Shown in pieces: positions 8,631 to 19,126 of a DNA stretch of 64,000 nucleotides. Source of the stretch: Ignavibacteriota bacterium (GTDB lineage: Bacteria > Bacteroidota > Ignavibacteria > UBA10030 > CAVZMI01); contig CAWIHK010000001.1 of assembly GCA_963835935.1 (NCBI GenBank), forward strand, positions 6,933 through 70,932. Direction: 5' to 3'. Both the position numbers and the translations under genes were made by a program. A model generated the notes under the pieces. It had not been told where the DNA came from, ran no database searches, and saw only the letters and a program-made list of their open reading frames with translations. Positions within the stretch are counted from its first letter, which is position 1; each line of letters begins with the position of its first letter.

Positions 8631-11600
8631 TTGGAACTTATCATGGGAATGATCATAAGTCAGTGGGCAAACTACGATAATTTGTATGTGCCTACTATTA
8701 TAATTGCCGGCGCTTTGTTGGTAAGCATCCTGATCATATTTATCATCCTTCTCATCCGTCAACGAAAACACCTTGGTAAAAAAGTCCAGAGACAAATCTC
8801 CGATATTTGCGAGAAAGAAGAACGCTTGGAGTTGGTCATTGAGGGAACAAACATCGGGATGTGGGATTGGTACGTTCAAACCGGAACGGTTGTCATCAAC
8901 GAACGCTGGGCTGAGATTCTGGGCCGCACACTCAATGAACTTACACCATTCAGCGTGAACACTTGGTTCGATTTATGCCACCCAGATGACTTAGTCCAGA
9001 TGCGGGAAATTCTCTCGAAACATTTTGCGGGTGAGACAAAGCTGTTCGACTTCGAATATCGGATGAAACATAAAGATAACCACTGGGTCTGGGTTCAAGT
9101 ACGCGGCAGAGTTGCAGATTGGACATCCGACAAAAAACCGCTTCGGATGACCGGCACTCATCTGGATATTTCAGAAAAGAAACGCGTTGATGAACTAATT
9201 TGGGAAAATGAAGAAAAATACAGAGCTATCTTTTCAACTTTCGTTGATCTTTATTACAAGACCGATTTGAATGGAACGATATTAGTTCTGTCCCCTTCCG
9301 TCTTTAGCCTATCAGGATATACTCCTGAAGAATTAATCGGCAAAAATGTGTCGAGCGTCTACGCCGATCCTGAAAACCGTAACGACATGATCGCGCAATT
9401 GAAAAAACATGGCAGGGTGAATGATTTCGAAACTGTTCTCTTGAAAAAAAATGGGATTCACGTACCGGTTTCCATCACGAGTCAATTGCTAGCCGACAAT
9501 GAAGGACGACCGATAGCTATTCAAGGTTCAATCCGTGATATAACTAAACGAAAACAAACAGAAGAAGCTCTTCGTGTCAGCAAACAAGCAACAGAAACTA
9601 TCCTTCAATCACTTCAAAGCGGAGTAATGATCGTTGATACGAAGACGCACACAATTATAGAAGTTAATCCTGCCGCTTGCGAATTGATAGGAGGAAAACG
9701 GGATGAACTTGTCGGGCATAAGTGTCACGAATTTGTTTGTCCGGCCGAAGAAGGAGCATGCCCGATCACCGACAAGAAAACGACTGTCGATAATTCGGAT
9801 CATACACTGTTGCGTATCGACGGAACTGCAGTGCCAATTTTGAAGACAATCGTCCCCATTACTCTTGGCGATCGATATTGTCTTTTAGAATCGTTTGTCG
9901 ATATTTCCGCACGTAAACAGATGGAAGTTGCCTTGCGGAAAAGCGAGACACAGCTCCGGGCTATCACCGATTCAGCGCAGGATGCAATTTTTATGACCGA
10001 CCCGGAAGGATTAGTTGAATATTGGAATCCTGCAGCCGAGCGTATTCTCGGCTTTGAAGCAAGCGAGATTATGGGACAAACGCTTCGCGCCCTCTCTTCA
10101 ATCGACCAACCATTTATCGATTTGGGAAAAATCGATATCGATTCTGAAAATACCGCCGCTGGAAAAACTTTAGAGATGAAAGTTGTCCGCAAAGACGGAC
10201 GGGAAATCATGATCGAGCTTTCACTGGCAACAGTACAACTCAACAACAAATATCACACAGTAGGTACTCTGCGCGATGTTACTGTAATACGGCAGGCAGA
10301 AAGAGATCTTGTAATTGCTAAAAAAGCTGCAGAGAATGCGAACAATGCCAAGAGTGAGTTTCTTGCAAACATGAGTCATGAAATTCGGACACCGATGAAC
10401 GGAATCATCGGGATGGTGGAATTACTGCTAGCAACAACGTTAGCGCCCGAACAGCGATACTATGCAGAAATCGTTCGAACGAGCGCCGAGAGTTTACTTT
10501 TAATTATCAACGACCTCCTTGACTTTTCAAAAATCGAAGCCGGAAAATTCGAACTTGAAAACATCAACATCGATTTGCGTTCTTTTCTTGATGAGATCGT
10601 ATCATTGTTTGCTCTTCGCGCTCAGGAGAAGAAATTGGACTTTATTTGCACGCCAGATCCGGATGTCCCAATGTCTCTAATCGGAGATCCCGGGCGCCTC
10701 CGGCAAATATTAACGAATTTGATTGGCAATGCTCTCAAATTTACATCGAAGGGAGAAATAACAATCGGCGTAAGTCTTGCATCGGCGATCAGAGATAACA
10801 ACGTGGTGTTGCGTTTCTCGGTGCGTGATACCGGTATAGGCATTCCTAAAGACAGAATCGGATTGCTGTTCGAGCCGTTTTCACAAGTGGATGCTTCGAC
10901 GACCCGCGAGTATGGTGGAACCGGACTTGGGCTGGCCATATCCAAACGGCTTGCGAGGTTGATGGGAGGCGAAATCGGAGTAAATAGCACTGAAGGAAAA
11001 GGTTCGGAATTTTGGATTACGACAAAGTTTAGTGTTCAACACACCAGCAGTATTTCTGTGAAAGCCCCAAAAGAAATTCAAGGTATTCATATTTTAATCG
11101 TTGATCCGAATAATGTAAACCGTAATTTTATAACGACTCAGCTTCGATCGTGGGGTGCACGCGTCACGGAAGCATCCGAAGGATTTCTCTCGGTACAAAA
11201 ACTCGACGAAGCTTTCTTCAACAACGATCCGTTTACTTTAGCAATCATCGACATGCAATTACCAGGAAACGATGCGGAACCTCTTATCCATCTAATCAAG
11301 AATGACAGGAGATTCAGCACCATGTATCTTTTGTTGATGACTTCACTCGGTTCGCGCGTTGATGTAATAAAATTGGTAACGAATGAACATCATGCCTGCA
11401 TAACAAAACCGATCAGAATTTCAGAGCTATCAGAGACGCTCTCGATCCTGATGTCGAATCATAAGCAAAACAGCTCGGAGCAATCATCAGCAAGTTCAGG
11501 CGAAACCGAGGAAATTAATGACAGCCCAATATATATTCTTGTTGCCGAAGATAATCTCACGAATCAACTGGTTGTAGTCGGGATTCTCAAGAAATTGGGG

Positions 11601-12317
11601 TACGACAATGTGACTGTTGTTTCGAACGGAGCCGAAGCGATAAGAGCCCTCGAGCGTTATCCGTACGATTTAATTTTTATGGATATCCAAATGCCGGAAA
11701 TGGACGGATTGGAAGCCGCAAGACATATTCGTGATCGGCAATCGATAGTTCTTGATCATAAAGTTCCGATTATCGCGATGACTGCACATGCCATGCATGG
11801 AGATCGGGAGCGCTGTCTCAATGCAGGAATGAATGATTATCTGCCAAAACCTATAACACCCAATACAGTGTGTGAAGTACTTCAACATTGGGCGCCGAAA
11901 AATAGAGATAGGCGTGCGATGAAGTCCGTGATAAAAGGATTTTATTCAAAAATTCCTCGGTCTCCGGAATTTGAGAATGATAATAATGTGGTGTTTGACA
12001 GAGCAGGCCTGCTCGAACGAGTTATGGATGATGAGAAATTGATGCGAGAAATCATCGACGGATTTATCCGGGACACACCCAACCAGATTGATGTGCTCCA
12101 AACACATATTGAGTCGAACGACTTACCAAGAGCACAAGATGAAGCACACGGAATAAAAGGGTCATCAGGAATAGTCGGGGGAGAGGCGATGTGTCGAATC
12201 GCGTTCGAAGTTGAGAAAGCATGCAAAACCGGCAACAAAGAAAAAGCTTTTACGCTTTTGCAGGATCTACGATCCCAATTTGATCTATTAAAGAACGCGA
12301 TGCAGTATTTGAAATAA
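8631..12317 (+). CDS. Hybrid sensor histidine kinase (TM, 4 PAS, HisKA, HATPase, 2 REC, Hpt)
   Basis: FLANMSHEIRTPMNG, GGTGLGLAI, FMDIQMPEMDG, AHGIKGSSG; start codon uncertain. Confidence 0.95.
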   Translation: MELIMGMIISQWANYDNLYVPTIIIAGALLVSILIIFIILLIRQRKHLGKKVQRQISDICEKEERLELVIEGTNIGMWDWYVQTGTVVINERWAEILGRTLNELTPFSVNTWFDLCHPDDLVQMREILSKHFAGETKLFDFEYRMKHKDNHWVWVQVRGRVADWTSDKKPLRMTGTHLDISEKKRVDELIWENEEKYRAIFSTFVDLYYKTDLNGTILVLSPSVFSLSGYTPEELIGKNVSSVYADPENRNDMIAQLKKHGRVNDFETVLLKKNGIHVPVSITSQLLADNEGRPIAIQGSIRDITKRKQTEEALRVSKQATETILQSLQSGVMIVDTKTHTIIEVNPAACELIGGKRDELVGHKCHEFVCPAEEGACPITDKKTTVDNSDHTLLRIDGTAVPILKTIVPITLGDRYCLLESFVDISARKQMEVALRKSETQLRAITDSAQDAIFMTDPEGLVEYWNPAAERILGFEASEIMGQTLRALSSIDQPFIDLGKIDIDSENTAAGKTLEMKVVRKDGREIMIELSLATVQLNNKYHTVGTLRDVTVIRQAERDLVIAKKAAENANNAKSEFLANMSHEIRTPMNGIIGMVELLLATTLAPEQRYYAEIVRTSAESLLLIINDLLDFSKIEAGKFELENINIDLRSFLDEIVSLFALRAQEKKLDFICTPDPDVPMSLIGDPGRLRQILTNLIGNALKFTSKGEITIGVSLASAIRDNNVVLRFSVRDTGIGIPKDRIGLLFEPFSQVDASTTREYGGTGLGLAISKRLARLMGGEIGVNSTEGKGSEFWITTKFSVQHTSSISVKAPKEIQGIHILIVDPNNVNRNFITTQLRSWGARVTEASEGFLSVQKLDEAFFNNDPFTLAIIDMQLPGNDAEPLIHLIKNDRRFSTMYLLLMTSLGSRVDVIKLVTNEHHACITKPIRISELSETLSILMSNHKQNSSEQSSASSGETEEINDSPIYILVAEDNLTNQLVVVGILKKLGYDNVTVVSNGAEAIRALERYPYDLIFMDIQMPEMDGLEAARHIRDRQSIVLDHKVPIIAMTAHAMHGDRERCLNAGMNDYLPKPITPNTVCEVLQHWAPKNRDRRAMKSVIKGFYSKIPRSPEFENDNNVVFDRAGLLERVMDDEKLMREIIDGFIRDTPNQIDVLQTHIESNDLPRAQDEAHGIKGSSGIVGGEAMCRIAFEVEKACKTGNKEKAFTLLQDLRSQFDLLKNAMQYLK

Positions 12318-12527
12318 AAAAATATCGCAACTACTCAGCTTACTAAATACGCCAAACACACGATAAAAAATTTTGAAGAAAAATAAAATCCTTATATTGC
12401 AATTTAAGTATGATCTCTTCAATTCTTTCGTTTTTTTATTCCCTATCACACTTTTACGGATGCAACCACAAGATACCCTTCCGCTTGCAACTCTACCCCA
12501 AACTGTCGTATATTAATACTTATTATA

Positions 12528-12616
12528 GGCGGGGGTCGTCCAGAAATCATGGATCAAGAGTTTTCCGATCATGCCAAGTTTACACGTAAAAAATTTTTCT
12601 GGACGGCCTTTCGCTT
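12528..12616 (+). promoter_or_regulatory. Long 5'-leader hairpin with an upstream sigma70-like promoter
   Basis: gcgggggtcgtccagaaa pairs with tttctggacggcctttcgc; TTGCAA-N18-TATATT at 12485-12514. Confidence 0.45.
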
Positions 12617-12625
12617 TTCTATTTT

Positions 12626-14989
12626 ATGAAAGAATCCTTGAGAAAAATATGGTTTCATGTTCTCCGGGCTGTAGAGTGGAGACAGAATTTATTTGTACGC
12701 ATCATCATCGGTGTAGTCATCGTGATGATGATCTCAGCCCTTTTCCCCGGCGGGACAACTATCGAAATCCAGAATAAGCCCGGTTCGGTTTGGACCGAAC
12801 GAGACCTTATCGCACCTTTTTCATTTCCTATTTACAAAGACGACCAGCAGTACCGTGAAGAACTCCGCAATGCTTCGCAATCTGTAATTCCGGTATTCGA
12901 GCGCAACGAAAAGGTATCAACGTCGGCAATCGATAGCCTGAATCTTTTATTCACACTTCTTGAACCATTCCTACGGTCAAAAAATGTAAGTCAACCATTG
13001 GCAGGACAAGGTGATTCGATCGATCTCCCCACCATGATGAAGCAGATTCAATTACGGCTTACGTCTCACGAATGGGAGATTCTCGGTTCGTTGAGGTCGA
13101 CGGGAATATCGACACAATTTCTGAAACAAAAAATCCAGGAACTTCTTCAAACCCTTTATTCGAACGGTATCATCGATCAGCGAAAAGAAAGATTAACAAA
13201 CCAGACGATTGCGCTCCGTAAAAACGTCGAAGAACAATTAGTCCCGTTGACAAAACTCGTAGATATCAATGAATCTGCTCAGCGTTTGCTCGACGGACTT
13301 ACGAGTGCAATTCAAAGCGATAACGACACAATGATGATCGCCTATAAGATAGGATTGTGTTTTCTCAAACCAAATATAATTTTCAACAAAGACCAGACCG
13401 CGAAGGAAATTACAATTGCCGAAGTTAAAGTCCCACGAACGCTCGGACTGATACAGGAAGGTTCTCTCGTAGTTGCCCGCGGTGAACGGGTCTCTGATGA
13501 TGTGAAGCTCCGGCTCGATTCCTATCAAAGGTTTGCCTCAGAGCGTAATGGGCAAGAGCAAACGTTAGGACAATATCTTGGAAATATTATTCATGTAACC
13601 GTCATCATCGTATTCTTCCTGCTCTATCTCTACCTGTTCCGAAAAAAAATCATCACGGACAACTTGATGATGCTTCTCATCGGAGTAATTTTTTTCCTCG
13701 GCGGATTGATGGCCTGGATTACGCGCCAATTCGATATTGCACTCCCTCTGGAATATGTTATTCTTGTTCCTGCGCTCGCTATGGTTTTAACGATTGCTTT
13801 TGACTCTCGTGTCGGATTTTACGGAACTGTTGCAGTCTCGCTCTTAGTGGGTGGAATTCGCGGAAACGATTATGCCGTTGTCCTCCCCGCACTCGTGGCA
13901 GGTGCATTCGCGGCATACACAGTGCGAAATGTTACACATAGAACACAAATATTTCGTTCGCTCGGTTATGTGTTTTTAGGTTACGCGGTAACTATAAGCG
14001 CGCTCGCGCTGGAAAGAGGCGACAGATGGTCTACCATTGGAATCGAAATCGGAATGGCTGCAATCAATGCTGTTTCATCGCCTGTTCTAACGTTCGGTTT
14101 GCTGATCGTCTTCGAACGTGTTTTTCGAATAACTACCGATCTTCGTTTGATCGATCTTTCGGATGATAATCATCCATTGTTAAAAAAACTTTCGGAAGTT
14201 GCCCCCGGTACGTTTCATCACAGCATGTCGATGGGTATTCTTGCGGAAGCCGCCGCCGAAGCAATCCAGGCACACTCGCTCCTCGCACGGGTCGGCGCTT
14301 ATTATCACGATATAGGGAAAATCGATAAACCGGAATATTTTGTGGAAAATCAGGATTCGCCTAAAAGCAAACACGACAGACTTAAACCTCGCATGAGCGC
14401 TTTGATTCTTATTAATCATGTCAAAGAAGGAATCGATCTTGCCCGGTCGAATAAACTGCCGGATAAAGTTATCGACTTCATTCCCGAACATCACGGCACC
14501 AGTTTGATCTCATATTTTTATCACAAAGCACACAGGCGCAGATCGGTCAAAGAAGATGTAAACGAAAACGATTATCGTTATCCGGGACCAAAACCCCAGT
14601 CGAAAGAAACCGGAATCGTGATGCTCGCAGATGGAATCGAAGCATCGGTACGCGCGTTAGACGATCCAACCCCTTCTCGGATTGAATCGCAAATTGATGC
14701 CATTGTCAAAACGCGTTTCAATGACGGACAACTGGACGAATGCGATCTCACTTTGAAAGATCTGACAAAAATCAAAGAGGCATTTTTACGGGCACTGACT
14801 GGAATTCATCATGCACGGATAAAATATCCCGGAGCCGAAGACACGATCGTTACCGAACAAGAAGAGCAGATGATTCCTGAACAGGAAGAACCGGCACCGC
14901 CGATGAACGAACCACAGCCGTTACAAAATCCGCCGGAAGTGAGTGAAGAAAATAAGACGGATTCCAACACTCAAGACTCGTCTGCATGA
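12626..14989 (+). CDS. 7TM-HD phosphohydrolase (PgpH-like cyclic-di-AMP phosphodiesterase family)
   Basis: Large extracytoplasmic domain, 7 TM, APGTFHHS, YYHDIGK, EHHGT, YRYPGPKPQSKE. Confidence 0.9.
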   Translation: MKESLRKIWFHVLRAVEWRQNLFVRIIIGVVIVMMISALFPGGTTIEIQNKPGSVWTERDLIAPFSFPIYKDDQQYREELRNASQSVIPVFERNEKVSTSAIDSLNLLFTLLEPFLRSKNVSQPLAGQGDSIDLPTMMKQIQLRLTSHEWEILGSLRSTGISTQFLKQKIQELLQTLYSNGIIDQRKERLTNQTIALRKNVEEQLVPLTKLVDINESAQRLLDGLTSAIQSDNDTMMIAYKIGLCFLKPNIIFNKDQTAKEITIAEVKVPRTLGLIQEGSLVVARGERVSDDVKLRLDSYQRFASERNGQEQTLGQYLGNIIHVTVIIVFFLLYLYLFRKKIITDNLMMLLIGVIFFLGGLMAWITRQFDIALPLEYVILVPALAMVLTIAFDSRVGFYGTVAVSLLVGGIRGNDYAVVLPALVAGAFAAYTVRNVTHRTQIFRSLGYVFLGYAVTISALALERGDRWSTIGIEIGMAAINAVSSPVLTFGLLIVFERVFRITTDLRLIDLSDDNHPLLKKLSEVAPGTFHHSMSMGILAEAAAEAIQAHSLLARVGAYYHDIGKIDKPEYFVENQDSPKSKHDRLKPRMSALILINHVKEGIDLARSNKLPDKVIDFIPEHHGTSLISYFYHKAHRRRSVKEDVNENDYRYPGPKPQSKETGIVMLADGIEASVRALDDPTPSRIESQIDAIVKTRFNDGQLDECDLTLKDLTKIKEAFLRALTGIHHARIKYPGAEDTIVTEQEEQMIPEQEEPAPPMNEPQPLQNPPEVSEENKTDSNTQDSSA

Positions 14990-15897
14990 ATCATTTGGTT
15001 GAATCATACTTTCGGTTTCTTCGATTGGAAAAAAGTTTGTCGAAGGAAACGCTTTCTGCATATAAATTTGATCTCGAACGTTATATAAAATTCTTAAAGG
15101 AACAAACAATCCAAACACCAGATGCTATCAACGAAAAACACTGCTCTGCTTTTTTTAGTGTATTAAAAGAACTCGGATTAGCTCCATCGAGCATGGCGCG
15201 GAATTTTTCGGCAGTGAAAGGCTTTCATCGATTTTTAGTTGCGGAGGGAGCGGCGGCGACTAATCCGATGCAATACCTCGATCCGCCGAAATTACCGAAG
15301 AATCTTCCGGATGTATTGAGCCAAAATGAAATGTTCGCGATTCTTGATCAACCCTCTAAAACTGTAGCACGGGATACGAAACATGAACGCCTTCTGCTCC
15401 GAGATCGGGCACTTTTGGAAGTTTTATACGCATGCGGACTGCGTGCATCCGAACTCTCGGGGTTGAAGCAACACGATGTTTTTTTCGACGATCAAATTAT
15501 CCGTGTGATCGGAAAAGGCTCAAAAGAACGGCTGGTGCCGATCGGGCGTTCAGCGATTCATTGGATCAAAAAATACCAAAACCACAGCCGAAGATTTCTG
15601 GCACATCCACAAAAAAGCAAGGATATTCTTTTTCTGAATGCACGCGGCGGGCCGCTTACACGAATGTCGATTTGGAATATCGTGCGTTTTTATTCCAATG
15701 CTGCAGGAGTGAAAAAAGAGGTTCATCCGCACACATTCCGGCATTCGTTTGCGACACATCTGCTCGAAGGCGGCGCAGATTTGCGCGCCGTGCAGGAAAT
15801 GCTCGGCCATGCCGACATCGGTACGACTCAAATTTACACTCATATTGACCGAGAATACTTAAAAGAAGTTCACAAAACATTTCATCCGAGAGGCTAA
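14986..15897 (+). CDS. xerD: Tyrosine recombinase XerD
   Basis: GLRASEL, GKGSKERLVP, HPHTFRHSFATHLLEGGADLRAVQEMLGHADIGTTQIYTH; no IntI-specific insertion. Confidence 0.92.
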   Translation: MNHLVESYFRFLRLEKSLSKETLSAYKFDLERYIKFLKEQTIQTPDAINEKHCSAFFSVLKELGLAPSSMARNFSAVKGFHRFLVAEGAAATNPMQYLDPPKLPKNLPDVLSQNEMFAILDQPSKTVARDTKHERLLLRDRALLEVLYACGLRASELSGLKQHDVFFDDQIIRVIGKGSKERLVPIGRSAIHWIKKYQNHSRRFLAHPQKSKDILFLNARGGPLTRMSIWNIVRFYSNAAGVKKEVHPHTFRHSFATHLLEGGADLRAVQEMLGHADIGTTQIYTHIDREYLKEVHKTFHPRG

Positions 15898-16565
15898 TGG
15901 CTGATTCTTTATATATTGTTCCAGTGCTCTTGATGTCCGTCGTCCTGCATGAAATAGCACACGGCGTCGTTGCACTATGGTGCGGCGATCCAACAGCGAA
16001 AGAAATGGGGCGCCTGACATTGAATCCGATTCCGCATATCGATCTGATCGGTTCTATTATTGTTCCATTGATTTCTTTGCTGTCTGTCGGAAGGGTTTTT
16101 ATAGCATGGGCTAAACCCGTTCCCATAAATCCTTATAATTTTAGGCATGGAAAACGTGACGACATTCTTGTGTCCGCTGCCGGGCCTGTTACAAATTTTC
16201 TTGTCGCCGCATTTTGCACGATCGCCGTTATACTCGCTGTCAAAATATTAAATCTGATGGATGCTACATCGCCGGAAGTCGTGAAAGACTTCGGTGATTA
16301 TTTAGTGAAGATGTTCTATTCCGGTATCTATCTTAATATTGTGCTCGCAGTTTTTAATCTGATTCCCGTTCCACCTCTTGACGGTTCTCATGTACTGGCT
16401 TCATTTCTCCCGGATGAGGCGGCAAATAGTTATCGTTCGGTTGGATTTTTCGGAATTTTCATTATCATTATATTAATGGATATTCCTCTTGTGAACAGGA
16501 TATTCTTTAGTTTGATTAATATTTTGGCGTTTCCGTTCATAGAAATAATTCGATTGTTTGCATGA
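15897..16565 (+). CDS. Site-2 protease family (M50) membrane metalloprotease
   Basis: HEIAH, AGP, NLIPVPPLDG. Confidence 0.92.
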   Translation: MADSLYIVPVLLMSVVLHEIAHGVVALWCGDPTAKEMGRLTLNPIPHIDLIGSIIVPLISLLSVGRVFIAWAKPVPINPYNFRHGKRDDILVSAAGPVTNFLVAAFCTIAVILAVKILNLMDATSPEVVKDFGDYLVKMFYSGIYLNIVLAVFNLIPVPPLDGSHVLASFLPDEAANSYRSVGFFGIFIIIILMDIPLVNRIFFSLINILAFPFIEIIRLFA

Positions 16566-16610
16566 TGGAAAGAAACCGTTATCAATAAAAAAGAAAGCTC
16601 GATAAATTCG

Positions 16611-17894
16611 ATGTCAAGGAAATCGTTTTATTATGATTCTGAAAATAAATTTTGGTGTGAAGGATGTTCCATCGAATCGCTCGCACAAGAATTCGGAACG
16701 CCATTATACATTTATAGTGCCGCAGAACTAGATGAAAATATTACTCGGGTACGACAAACTATCAACGACGTCCGGGGATCCATTGCTTATGCCTTAAAGG
16801 CTAATGCAAACCCTTCGATTCTCAGTCGATTTGTAAAAGCTGGAATCGGAGCCGATGTTGTATCAGGCGGTGAATTAATGACAGCGCTTCGATCAGGATT
16901 TCCACCATCGTCGATTACTTATGCCGGGGTCGGAAAACGTGATGAGGAGATAGAACTGGCGTTGCAGTCGAATATCAATGCATTAGTTATAGAATCAATA
17001 CAGGAGTTGGAGGTTGTTAACGATATAGCAAAACGGCTGAATACTACAGCGCGTATTCTCATCCGCGTGAATCCGGATATTGACGCAGATACACATCCAT
17101 ATATATCCACCGGATTACGGATGAATAAATTCGGCATCGAAATCGATCAGGCCGCTCCGGTATTTGCACAGGCCGCCTCCATGCCCGGAATCGATTTGCT
17201 TGGAATTCATACGCATTTAGGATCGCAGATTATTAAATCGTCTCCTTTCGTAGCAGCAGTACAATCACTCGTCAGGTTTATCGAAGAATTACGTACATCC
17301 GGAACTCATCTTCGTGTTCTTGATCTTGGCGGAGGTTTTGGCGTGCAGTACATTAATGCTCTGCACCACAAAAATCTGCCGAAAGAAGAAGCTGATAATC
17401 AACTACAAGAATTTTCGTTTGAAATAATCCGATCGATCATTCCATACATCCGGTCGACAGGATGCTCGTTCGTCATTGAACCGGGCCGATCTCTCGTAGC
17501 ATCGAGCGGCGCTATTGTGACGAAAGTTCTTTTCACGAAAAAAACATCCGTGAAAAAATTTATCATCGTCGATGCCTCAATGACGGATTTAATACGCCCC
17601 AGTTTATATCATGCGTACCATCAAATTGTTCCGGCGCAATTGGAAACTCAGGGGGCCGAAATGGTCGATGTAGTCGGGCCCGTCTGTGAAACGACTGATT
17701 TTATCGCAAAAGATCGAGTGATGCCGCCGGTAGAACGAGGAGATATTTTGGCTGTCCTGACAACAGGAGCGTACGGATATGCACTGGCATCCAATTATAA
17801 CATGAGACCCCGCTCCGCAGAAGTTTTAGTGGAAGGTAAGCATGCTCAACTCATTCGAAAACGCGAAACGTTGGATGATTTGTTCAAACGTTGA
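16611..17894 (+). CDS. lysA: Diaminopimelate decarboxylase
   Basis: YALKAN, HLGSQ, DLGGG, EPGR, GPVCE, GAYG...SNYN. Confidence 0.95.
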   Translation: MSRKSFYYDSENKFWCEGCSIESLAQEFGTPLYIYSAAELDENITRVRQTINDVRGSIAYALKANANPSILSRFVKAGIGADVVSGGELMTALRSGFPPSSITYAGVGKRDEEIELALQSNINALVIESIQELEVVNDIAKRLNTTARILIRVNPDIDADTHPYISTGLRMNKFGIEIDQAAPVFAQAASMPGIDLLGIHTHLGSQIIKSSPFVAAVQSLVRFIEELRTSGTHLRVLDLGGGFGVQYINALHHKNLPKEEADNQLQEFSFEIIRSIIPYIRSTGCSFVIEPGRSLVASSGAIVTKVLFTKKTSVKKFIIVDASMTDLIRPSLYHAYHQIVPAQLETQGAEMVDVVGPVCETTDFIAKDRVMPPVERGDILAVLTTGAYGYALASNYNMRPRSAEVLVEGKHAQLIRKRETLDDLFKR

Positions 17895-17958
17895 CAGTGG
17901 AGAAAAGTGTATGATGGAAAAATATAATTACTATTATTCAACAAATTGGTAGGAGTAG

Positions 17959-18951
17959 ATGAAGGAATATACGGTAGCAATCGCAGGAGCAACAGGTCTG
18001 GTAGGCCGCAAGATGATTCAAGTATTAGAAGAACATAAATTTCCGGTGAAAAAATTAGTTCCACTTGCATCGGAACGGTCGGTAGGAAAAGAAGTTCAGT
18101 TCAACGGAAAATCGTGGGCAGTGAAAAAACTCGACGCTAATTCTTTTATCGGTGTCGACATTGCATTGTTTTCCGCCGGTGGAAGCGTAAGCAAAGAATT
18201 CGCGCCTTATGCGGTGAAAGCGGGAACGCTGATGATCGACAACAGCAGCCAGTTTCGCATGGACCCGGATGTCCCCCTGGTTGTACCCGAAGTGAACCGC
18301 AGTGACATTTTTAAACACAAAGGGATTATCGCAAATCCGAATTGTTCAACAATTCAAATGGTTGTTGCACTGAAGCCGTTGCACGATAAATATAAAATCA
18401 AACGAATTGTCGTCAGCACTTATCAATCGGTTACAGGTGCGGGAAAAAAAGGTGTCGATCAACTCCAAAAAGAAATTCAGAACGAAGAAGTGGTGGACCC
18501 GAAATTCCCTTATCCGATTGCATACAATGTCCTGCCGCACATAGATGTGTTTTTGGAGGATGGGTACACGAAAGAAGAACGCAAGATGATGAATGAGACC
18601 CGAAAGATTATGGGCGATGCTTCAATTCAAGTCAGCGCAACCTGTGTTCGGGTACCGGTCGTGGGCGGACATAGTGAAGCCGTTAACGTAGACTTCGAGC
18701 GTCCGTACGAACTGGAAGACGTGCGAAAAATTCTTAGTAAAGCCCCGGGCGTAATCCTTCAAGATGATCCATCAAAGAATTTATATCCGCTGGCAATCAA
18801 GGCGTGGGATCGTGATGAGGTATTTGTCGGCCGTCTTCGCCGCGATACTTCCATTGCAAACGGACTGGACCTCTGGATTGTCTCAGACAATCTGCGAAAA
18901 GGAGCGGCCACAAATGCTGTCCAAATTGCCGAAGAGTGGATTAAGGGATAG
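17959..18951 (+). CDS. asd: Aspartate-semialdehyde dehydrogenase
   Basis: GATGLVG, ANPNCSTIQ, DNLRKGAATNAVQIAE. Confidence 0.97.
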   Translation: MKEYTVAIAGATGLVGRKMIQVLEEHKFPVKKLVPLASERSVGKEVQFNGKSWAVKKLDANSFIGVDIALFSAGGSVSKEFAPYAVKAGTLMIDNSSQFRMDPDVPLVVPEVNRSDIFKHKGIIANPNCSTIQMVVALKPLHDKYKIKRIVVSTYQSVTGAGKKGVDQLQKEIQNEEVVDPKFPYPIAYNVLPHIDVFLEDGYTKEERKMMNETRKIMGDASIQVSATCVRVPVVGGHSEAVNVDFERPYELEDVRKILSKAPGVILQDDPSKNLYPLAIKAWDRDEVFVGRLRRDTSIANGLDLWIVSDNLRKGAATNAVQIAEEWIKG

Positions 18952-18962
18952 AAAAGAGAAGG

Positions 18963-19013
18963 AAGGATAAGGGTAAGATCAAGGTTAAGATCAAGATAGA
19001 GATTAAGGTTGAG
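18963..19013. repeat. Degenerate hexamer tandem repeat (GATAAG/GGTAAG/ATCAAG/GTTAAG)
   Basis: Six-base periodicity visible directly after asd. Confidence 0.6.
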
Positions 19014-19126
19014 AATTTAAATTATATTCTGTATGAACCATTTGAGATGTTAGATTGCTGGACTCTGATTTTTTCAAAATTCTTTAGATCACTTAGATTG
19101 CAATATAAATAGAGAAAATAGTTTTC

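Noticed and set aside
14986-15897. Tyrosine recombinase as the integron integrase for the cassette array
   Set aside because: Typical XerD motifs, no IntI-specific insertion, embedded in a housekeeping operon 22 kb from the array.
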